A DNA stretch of 42,754 bases, taken from contig JACQEJ010000084.1 in assembly GCA_016200645.1 (NCBI GenBank), positions 1-42,754 on the forward strand, in the 5' to 3' direction. The notes beneath the pieces are model-generated. The model searched no databases. It had not been told where the DNA came from and worked only from the letters and a program-made list of their open reading frames with translations. Made by a program: the position numbers and the translations under genes. Below, one piece after another: positions 36,267-42,754 of the stretch. This DNA comes from Deltaproteobacteria bacterium. GTDB lineage: Bacteria; Desulfobacterota; GWC2-55-46; UBA9637. Numbering within the stretch: position 1 is the stretch's first letter; each line of letters begins with the position of its first letter.

Positions 36267-37997
36267 TTACTCTCTTATTTCTATCTCCCCTTCTTCAAAT
36301 GCCTTAACAAATGCCGCAGCAACATCATTGTCAAATTGAGAGCCCGCATATCTTTTGATTTCATCAATCGCTGTCTTATGAGGCAAGCCTTTCCTGTAAG
36401 GCCTGTTGGTTGTCATGGCGTCATAAGTGTCTGCAACAGAGATTATCTTGGCGACTACCGGAATCTCCCCGTCTTTCAAACCCTCAGGATAACCCTTGCC
36501 GTCAGGCCGTTCATGGTGATACATCATGCCCGGAACCAAATCCTTAAGCTGTTTTATGTGCCGCATAATATCGGCGCCCATCATCGGATGCATCTTCATA
36601 AGCCTTGCCTCTTCGTCATCCAGCTTATCAGGCTTTCTCAGCACCTTGTCTTCAACGCCTATCTTTCCTATGTCATGCAGGATTGCGGAAAGCTTCAAAA
36701 GCTCTGTCTCTCTTGGCGTAAGGTCCAGATATTTGGCCGCGGCAAGGCTGTAATGCACCACCCTTTTTGTGTGGCCGCCGGTATACGGGTCGCGTTTTTC
36801 TATGGCCTCTGCCAGGGCCTCTGCCGTTGCAAAGAATGTCTCCCGTATCTCCTCATAAAGCCGCGCATTATCAAGGGCTATAGCAACCTGGTTTGAGAAG
36901 AGCTGAAAGAGCTTCATATCATCCTCTGCAAATATCCCTTCCTTCTTATTTATAGCTTGCAAGACGCCGATTATCTTATCTTTAACCTTTACCGGCACGC
37001 AGACCATATCTCTTGTAGTAAACTCTGTCTTCGTATCTGCTGATTTGTAAAACCTCGGGTCCTTTCTTACATCCTGTATCAAAAGAGGTTCGCCATGTTC
37101 AGCAACCCATCCCGCAATGCCCTCACCCATCTTTAACCGTATCTCCTTTACCTTATCCCCTTTTTCACCGAGGGCCACTTCAAAATAGAGCTCTCTCTTT
37201 TCATCATCCACAAGCAGAAGAGAGCCTACCTCTGCATTCATAAGAAACGTTATCGCCTCCATTGCCCGCTTTCTTATGATATTCTGATTAAGGGTGGAAT
37301 TGAGGAGCGCATCAACCTCGGCAAGGGTGGCGAACTGTTTTACCGACCTGTCAAGTTCTATAAAGAGTTTGGCCTTTTCAATGATGGTAGATATGCGCAT
37401 GGCCAGGGCGGTTAAAATTGTCAGGTCTCTTTTATCAAACAACTCATTCTTCTTGCCCATCACCTCTATTACGCCTATAACCCCTTTCTCTGCCTTTAAA
37501 GGCACGCCCAGCACATCCTGCGGCGTATAGCCAACCCTCGTGGCAAATTCTTTATTCCACAGAGGATCGCCTGCCGCCTCATTGGCAACATAAGGCATGC
37601 CTGTTCTTGCAATCCAGCCGGCAATGCCGTCGCAAACGTTCATCTTTTCCCCTCTTAACCGTTCTGCAACAGGGCCTTTGACAACCTCAAACACAAGCTC
37701 GCCATTGTCATCAAGCCTGTAAAGTGTTCCGGCATCAACATCCATGGTCGTTATTACCATATCCATAACACGGTCCAGTATAGCCTTGACATTCGCCGCA
37801 TCCACGGTAATGCTGTCAATCTCGTGGTATATGGCAAGCTCGGTTTCCGTAAGTCTTGCTTTTTTCTTCAACTCCGTAATCTCGAATTCTTTCTGGACAA
37901 GCCTGTCCCCCATAAGCCGGGTCTCGGTTTCAAGGAGCTTGATTCTGGCTTCACAGGCTTCCGGTTTTTGAAGAAACTCTTTGCTCTTTTGGGTCAT
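36267..37997 (-). CDS. Tandem GAF + HD-GYP phosphodiesterase
   Basis: Two GAF domains (GIAGW...VPL/VPV...GVI/GVL); RDPYTGGH, LHDIGK, HHERPDGKGYP and DAMTTNRPYRK motifs. Confidence 0.93.
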   Translation of the reverse strand: MTQKSKEFLQKPEACEARIKLLETETRLMGDRLVQKEFEITELKKKARLTETELAIYHEIDSITVDAANVKAILDRVMDMVITTMDVDAGTLYRLDDNGELVFEVVKGPVAERLRGEKMNVCDGIAGWIARTGMPYVANEAAGDPLWNKEFATRVGYTPQDVLGVPLKAEKGVIGVIEVMGKKNELFDKRDLTILTALAMRISTIIEKAKLFIELDRSVKQFATLAEVDALLNSTLNQNIIRKRAMEAITFLMNAEVGSLLLVDDEKRELYFEVALGEKGDKVKEIRLKMGEGIAGWVAEHGEPLLIQDVRKDPRFYKSADTKTEFTTRDMVCVPVKVKDKIIGVLQAINKKEGIFAEDDMKLFQLFSNQVAIALDNARLYEEIRETFFATAEALAEAIEKRDPYTGGHTKRVVHYSLAAAKYLDLTPRETELLKLSAILHDIGKIGVEDKVLRKPDKLDDEEARLMKMHPMMGADIMRHIKQLKDLVPGMMYHHERPDGKGYPEGLKDGEIPVVAKIISVADTYDAMTTNRPYRKGLPHKTAIDEIKRYAGSQFDNDVAAAFVKAFEEGEIEIRE

Positions 37998-38005
37998 ATT
38001 GATAT

Positions 38006-38120
38006 AAGTTGAGAAGAAAGTAGAAAGTTAGAAAGTAGAAAGTTACAACCTTACACTTACAACCTTACAACTTGACTTTCTACTTTATAACTTGATAACT
38101 TTCTACTTTCTTTCTAACTT
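38006..38120. repeat. 7/8-mer inverted array (AGAAAGT(T) / ACTTTCT, with AACCTTAC units)
   Basis: Fills the trpA to HD-GYP gap and supplies the trpA C-terminus and stop. Confidence 0.85.
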
Positions 38121-39002
38121 TATCCCTTTTTTCAGTTTCGCTGCAAACTCCCCCACTTTTTTCGCCAAATCAGGAGCGTCCTGATTCTGCTCAATCACCT
38201 TTACAATGGCGCTCCCAACAATAACAGCGTCTGCCCACTTTGACACCTCTCCGGCCTGTTCCGGGGTAGATATACCAAATCCCACGCCAACTGGCAAGGG
38301 TGTAAACCTTTTAACCTTTTTTACATATTTCTGGATTGTATCTGATAATTCTTTTCTTGCGCCGGTAATCCCTGCAACAGACACATAGTAAATAAACCCG
38401 CTTGCCTGGCTTGCCACAAGCCTCATCCTATTATCATCGCTTGTGGGGGTTAAAAGAAATATAAGATCAAGCCCATTTTTATTCGTATGTGTCTTTAATT
38501 CAGCAGCCTCCTCAGGAGGGAGGTCAACAACAAGAACCCCGTCCGCCCCTGCCTTTTTTGCATCCCTGGCAAATCTATCCGCACCGTAAACGAATATAGG
38601 GTTATAATAACCAAAAAGGACTATCGGAATCCGGCTCTTTTTCCTTACATCTCTTACCAGTTCCAGAACACCCCTTAATGTTGCGCCTTTCTTCAATGCC
38701 CTTTCAGATGCAGCCTGAATAGTCGGCCCATCCGCCATAGGGTCGGAAAAAGGTATGCCCAATTCAACAATATCTGCGCCGGATTTTTCAAGCTCAAAAA
38801 TAATCTCTTTGCTGGTTTTGAAATTGGGATCGCCTGCGGTGATAAAAGTGATAAGAGCCTTTTCACCCTTTGCTTTTAGCCTTGCAAAGGTTTCTTCTAT
38901 CCTGTTTTCTCCTTGACCCTTGATTAAAACCTTCAAGGGCAGGCTTTTGAGTTTTGACCCCCGCTTATTGCCTGCAAGGGCAGGCTTTTGAGTTATCTTC
39001 AT
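38103..39002 (-). CDS. trpA: Tryptophan synthase alpha chain with ~30-aa repeat-derived N-terminal extension
   Basis: FITAGDP, ELGIPFSDPMADGPTIQ, GITG, VGFGI and VIVGSA motifs. Confidence 0.96.
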   Translation of the reverse strand: MKITQKPALAGNKRGSKLKSLPLKVLIKGQGENRIEETFARLKAKGEKALITFITAGDPNFKTSKEIIFELEKSGADIVELGIPFSDPMADGPTIQAASERALKKGATLRGVLELVRDVRKKSRIPIVLFGYYNPIFVYGADRFARDAKKAGADGVLVVDLPPEEAAELKTHTNKNGLDLIFLLTPTSDDNRMRLVASQASGFIYYVSVAGITGARKELSDTIQKYVKKVKRFTPLPVGVGFGISTPEQAGEVSKWADAVIVGSAIVKVIEQNQDAPDLAKKVGEFAAKLKKGIKLERK

Positions 39003-39380
39003 ATCTCTATCCCCATCTTTTGCTGTTTGTCAACAAACAATGTATCTATCTTACTCAAAACCTCCTGAAACACTGCCTGTTTAAGCCTGCCGATTTTTTT
39101 TGAGAATTATATCTTGCTCTATATTCGTAATTGCATCAACTCTGATTTTACTGGTAAGTTTTAAATATCCTCCGTCCAGACTTTCGGTAGATATTTCAAT
39201 TCCATATTCTGATTCTTCAAGGTTGCTGCTGATGCCGCAAACAATGACATCTGCATATTTATGATTGTAGCCGTCTTTTGATAGAATGAGAACCGGCCTC
39301 ACTTTAAAATCAGTCAGGTTGGAAAATGGAAATCTGGTAAGCGCTATCTCCCGCTGCCTATAGATAACTTTCCCAGACAT
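38999..39380 (-). pseudogene. PemK/MazF-family toxin, frameshifted near its 3' end
   Basis: FPFSNL..KVRPVLILS..N...VIVCGISS; as sequenced it stops at 39081; removing one A from the A8 run restores KKIGRL...VFQEVLSKI to TGA 38999. Confidence 0.8.
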
Positions 39381-39576
39381 CGTCCTTTTCCCCTTTCCAT
39401 ATCTCTGCAAACTTCTTCTCTGAAGCAATTCGTAAAGCTTTTACATCTTCAGCGCTGCCTTCCTTAATAATCCCGATTTTGAAGTAGTGAATAAGGTCAT
39501 ATATTTCCCGTAATTTGTCCTTTGGAATATCCTTGAGTTCAACCTCAATAAGTTTTTCCATAGATATAGCCTTCAT
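39358..39576 (-). CDS. Putative antitoxin of the PemK-like toxin
   Basis: 72 aa; C-terminal ASEKKFAEIW...DDVWESYL overlaps the toxin start. Confidence 0.75.
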   Translation of the reverse strand: MKAISMEKLIEVELKDIPKDKLREIYDLIHYFKIGIIKEGSAEDVKALRIASEKKFAEIWKGEKDDVWESYL

Positions 39577-39605
39577 TTTAAATCACTCCTCTCATCCTTC
39601 CTATA

Positions 39606-39649
39606 AACTCAAGCCTAAAGGTTTGAGTTACGGTGTCTTATCGTAACTC
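39606..39649. repeat. REP-like palindrome at the trpB/TA boundary
   Basis: AACTCAAGCCTAAAGGTTTGAGTTAC followed by GTAACTC; same family as 21366-21423. Confidence 0.7.
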
Positions 39650-40877
39650 ATATCTCTATCCTCATCTCCTTGGCCGCGGTATTCAAATCCTTATCGCCTC
39701 TGCCGGAGAGGTTCACAATGATTATCTTATCCTTGCCGAGTTTCGCCGCCAGCTTCATTGCGTATGCAACCGCATGAGAGCTTTCCAAGGCAGGGATAAT
39801 CCCTTCCAAAAGCGATAAGGTCTTAAAGGCATTCAGCGCCTCTTTATCTGTGATTGCCGTATATTCAATCCTTCCTGCATCGTGCAGATAGCTGTGTTCA
39901 GGCCCGACGCCTGGATAATCAAGCCCCGCTGAAACAGAATGGGTGTGAATTATCTGACCATCGCTGTCCTGCAAAAGATAAGTTTTGCTTCCGTGCAGAA
40001 CGCCAACCTTGCCGGCGCAGATTGACGCCGCATGTCTGCCTGTTTTAATGCCGAACCCTGCCGCCTCAATGCCAATCATCTTCACACCCTTATCCTTTAT
40101 AAAAGGATGGAATAAACCCATTGCATTGCTTCCGCCGCCGACACAGGCGACAAGATAATCCGGAAGCCTGCCTGTCATTTTCTTCATCTGCTCCCTTGCC
40201 TCTTTTCCTATGACCGATTGAAAATCCCTCACCATCATGGGATACGGATGCGGCCCGGCCACGCTGCCGATGATATAAAATGTATTCCACACATTTGTAA
40301 CCCAGTCGCGGAGCGCCTCATTCATTGCATCTTTCAAAGTGCAGCTTCCTGATGAAACCGGATTGACCTTTGCGCCAAGGAGTTTCATTCTGAATACATT
40401 GGGTTTCTGCCTCTCAATGTCCTCTGTTCCCATATATATCTCGCAAGGCAGGCCAAACATGGCCGCAACCGTTGCAGTCGCAACGCCGTGCTGTCCCGCG
40501 CCTGTCTCTGCTATTATCCTTGTCTTACCCATCCGCCGCGCCAAAAGTATCTGACCGATGGTGTTATTGATTTTATGAGCGCCGGTATGGCACAAATCCT
40601 CCCGCTTTAAATATATTTTAGCGCCGCTTGTTTTTTTCGTAAGCCTCTCCGCAAAATAGAGCGGCGTGGGCCTGCCCACATATTCCTTGAGATAATAATC
40701 CAATTCTTCCTTGAAATTTTTATCGCTCTTAAATTTCAGATATGCCTTTTCAAGCTCCAGAACCACCGGCATCAAAGTCTCGGAGATATACCTGCCGCCG
40801 TAAACGCCGAAGTGGCCGTGTTTGTCGGGTAGATTTTGAAATCCTTGACCCTTGACCCTTGACCCTTGACCCTTCAT
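39648..40877 (-). CDS. trpB: Tryptophan synthase beta chain
   Basis: [43 protein letters not shown] and NLSGRGDKD motifs. Confidence 0.98.
   Translation of the reverse strand: MKGQGSRVKGQGFQNLPDKHGHFGVYGGRYISETLMPVVLELEKAYLKFKSDKNFKEELDYYLKEYVGRPTPLYFAERLTKKTSGAKIYLKREDLCHTGAHKINNTIGQILLARRMGKTRIIAETGAGQHGVATATVAAMFGLPCEIYMGTEDIERQKPNVFRMKLLGAKVNPVSSGSCTLKDAMNEALRDWVTNVWNTFYIIGSVAGPHPYPMMVRDFQSVIGKEAREQMKKMTGRLPDYLVACVGGGSNAMGLFHPFIKDKGVKMIGIEAAGFGIKTGRHAASICAGKVGVLHGSKTYLLQDSDGQIIHTHSVSAGLDYPGVGPEHSYLHDAGRIEYTAITDKEALNAFKTLSLLEGIIPALESSHAVAYAMKLAAKLGKDKIIIVNLSGRGDKDLNTAAKEMRIEI
40843..40875. repeat. Heptamer arm, family E, forming the TrpB N-terminus
   Basis: (CCTTGAC)x4; encodes [11 protein letters not shown]. 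Confidence 0.92.
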
Positions 40878-41512
40878 AACGCTCCTTTTGCCCTTTCTAT
40901 AAACTCCATGACCTTTATTAAATCCTTTTTCCCAGGCGCCTCTTCCACGCCGCTTGAAACATCAACAGCATATGGCGTTACTATCTTTATGGCCTGCTTA
41001 ACATTTTCAGGAGTCAATCCGCCGGCCAGTATTAGCCTCCCCGCCTTTGCAACTTCCTTGGCAACGCCCCAATTAAAGAGAGCGCCGGCGCCTCCCTCAA
41101 CTCCTTCTTTATATGTGTCTAAAAGATATGCGGAAACACGGTAACGTTCCGCCTCCTGACTAACCCCATGCCCGCGCGCTCCAACAACCTGCGCCCCTTT
41201 CATTTTGAATGTTTTTATAATCTTGCCGGATATGCCTTCACAAAACTCAGGGGATTCGCTGCCGTGAAGCTGAACCACATGCAGACCAACGGTTTTGATG
41301 ATTTCATTTATCATGTTTGCGTCTTCGTCAACAAATACGCCTACTGTGGTTACAAAAGGCGGCAGCTCCCTGATAATCTCTTTTGCCTTTTCAGGCTCAA
41401 TAAACCTGGGGCTTTTTTTATAAAATATAAATCCAAGGGCGTCTGCTCCGTATTCGCACGCTGCCAGGGCATCCTCAAGGTTTGTTATGCCGCATATTTT
41501 GACTTTAACCAT
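40874..41512 (-). CDS. trpF: Phosphoribosylanthranilate isomerase
   Basis: [24 protein letters not shown] and VDVSSGVE motifs. Confidence 0.96.
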   Translation of the reverse strand: MVKVKICGITNLEDALAACEYGADALGFIFYKKSPRFIEPEKAKEIIRELPPFVTTVGVFVDEDANMINEIIKTVGLHVVQLHGSESPEFCEGISGKIIKTFKMKGAQVVGARGHGVSQEAERYRVSAYLLDTYKEGVEGGAGALFNWGVAKEVAKAGRLILAGGLTPENVKQAIKIVTPYAVDVSSGVEEAPGKKDLIKVMEFIERAKGAL

Positions 41513-42209
41513 TTCCCATCAACTCCCTCAATTTCTTTCCAATATCATTTTCTCTCATAAGCGACTCGCTCACAAGAAAGATATGGACGCCTTTTCTCTT
41601 CAGCATATCTACATCGCTGTAGCTGTTTATCCCGCTTTCGCTCACAACAATCTTGTCTTTTGGAATCATGGAAGCAAGGCGAAGTGTGGTTTTTATATCT
41701 GTCTTAAATGTTTTGAGGTCTCTATTATTTATGCCGATAAGTTTTGCCTTGGTTGACAAAGCCTTTTCCAGCTCTCCCTCATCATGCGCCTCAACGATAC
41801 AGCTCATGCCAAGGTGATGACTTGTGTCGAGAAACAAGTCTATCTCCCCCTTTTCCAGAATCCCCGCTATAAGCAATATTGCATCCGCGCCGGCCGCCCT
41901 GGATTCATAAATCTGATATTCATCAAAGATAAAATCCTTCCGCAGCACAGGGATTGAAACAGCATCCTTTATGTCTTTTAAATAATCTATATGCCCGTGA
42001 AAATATTTTTCCTCTGTGAGAACCGATATGGCCTTCACCTCTGCAATTATCTTTATGCCTTTGCCTTTAACAGCCTTGATAAAATCTCGAGTGGGAGGAA
42101 GCTGCTTAATCCGCATCTTCAGCCCTTGAATAAGCCCTTTCACAGGAAAATCCGCCTTGAGCCTTGTCAATTCTTCTCTTTTATTTGCTATAATTTCGTT
42201 CAGTATCAT
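41505..42209 (-). CDS. trpC: Indole-3-glycerol-phosphate synthase with an internal in-frame deletion (possible pseudogene or assembly error)
   Basis: ISVLTE, LRKDF, GINNRDL and SESGI motifs, but IAEVK joins directly to AISVLT. Confidence 0.9.
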   Translation of the reverse strand: MILNEIIANKREELTRLKADFPVKGLIQGLKMRIKQLPPTRDFIKAVKGKGIKIIAEVKAISVLTEEKYFHGHIDYLKDIKDAVSIPVLRKDFIFDEYQIYESRAAGADAILLIAGILEKGEIDLFLDTSHHLGMSCIVEAHDEGELEKALSTKAKLIGINNRDLKTFKTDIKTTLRLASMIPKDKIVVSESGINSYSDVDMLKRKGVHIFLVSESLMRENDIGKKLRELMGNG

Positions 42210-42235
42210 TTGTTTTTAGTCTTTGTTTTAGTATG

Positions 42236-42275
42236 TTTTCCTGCCTACTGTCTACTGCTTACTGCCTACTGTCTG
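42236..42275. repeat. Heptamer arm, family C
   Basis: CTGCCTA CTGTCTA CTGCTTA CTGCCTA CTGTCTG; supplies the trpD stop codon. Confidence 0.9.
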
Positions 42276-42754
42276 TTAGTCATCTCCGCCAACTTATTCA
42301 GTTTATCCAATGCTGCGCCGCTGTCTATTGAACCCCTTGCAGCAGCTAGGCCCTCCTCAATGGAATTGGCCATGCCGCCCGCCACAATGGCAGCGGCAGC
42401 ATTAAGCAAAACCACATCCTGCTGCGGGCTTTTTTTGCCTTTTAATATGGAAAGTATTATCCCTGCATTTTGTTCAGGATCGCCGCCTTTCAAATCCTCC
42501 GGCCTGCACCGCTTAAATCCGAAGTCTTCCGGCTTGATATGATATGTTCGCAGAGAGCCGCTTTTTAGTTCCGTGACTTTTGTCCCGGCTGCAAGCGTTA
42601 TTTCATCAAGCCCGTCTTCGCCCCTCACAACAAACGCATGTTCAGCGCCAAGGTTTGACAGAACCTTTCCAATTATGTCAGTAAGGCTGTCATCATAAAC
42701 GCCAATCACCTGACACCGCGCCCCTGCCGGATTTGTAAGCGGCCCGAGAATATT
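42266..42754 (-). CDS. trpD: Anthranilate phosphoribosyltransferase, 3' part (runs off the window)
   Basis: NILGPLTNPA at the edge; GVY, DGLDEI, LKGGDP..NA and LNAAAA motifs. Confidence 0.95.
   Translation of the reverse strand, partial: NILGPLTNPAGARCQVIGVYDDSLTDIIGKVLSNLGAEHAFVVRGEDGLDEITLAAGTKVTELKSGSLRTYHIKPEDFGFKRCRPEDLKGGDPEQNAGIILSILKGKKSPQQDVVLLNAAAAIVAGGMANSIEEGLAAARGSIDSGAALDKLNKLAEMTNRQ

Overview
Mostly core chromosome of a Gram-negative bacterium; gene order resembles Desulfobacterota/'Deltaproteobacteria' (inference). The + strand (1-12 kb) carries a small accessory block (DUF5678-like protein + retropepsin-like protease, DUF1257/DUF2997-like pair, NrdG-like radical SAM, helical-repeat protein, split Hsp70-like gene), then deoB, glyS, dnaG, tRNA-Ile2, a zinc-ribbon protein, rnhA and rnpB. 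The - strand (12.3-42.7 kb) carries trpDCFB, a PemK toxin-antitoxin pair, trpA, an HD-GYP/Crp/cAMP-PDE block, accD-folC-lptD-tilS, kdsB-pyrG-kdsA-kdsD, a porin, tRNA-Leu-tig-clpP-clpX-lon-hup, tRNA-Val/Asp and ftsEX. The striking layer is repeat-derived. At least seven families of 7-bp (plus 8- and 9-bp) tandem repeats, many in inverted arms, sit at many gene junctions, inside rnpB (559 nt), and in frame inside tilS, folC, lptD, pyrG, trpA and trpB. Two such stems enclose a four-helix-bundle (23S IVP/Avd-like) gene in their loop, each with its own heptamer, and near-identical empty copies of one stem occur nearby. This is the best candidate for an undescribed element/system; its mechanism is inference only. 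Also seen: other palindromic elements (some nested), two ~215-bp elements with covarying perfect terminal inverted repeats, a half attC-like site, a TA module bracketed by a duplicated trpB end, and three lesions (Hsp70-like split, pemK +1 A, trpC in-frame deletion) that could be real or assembly errors. No database searches were run.
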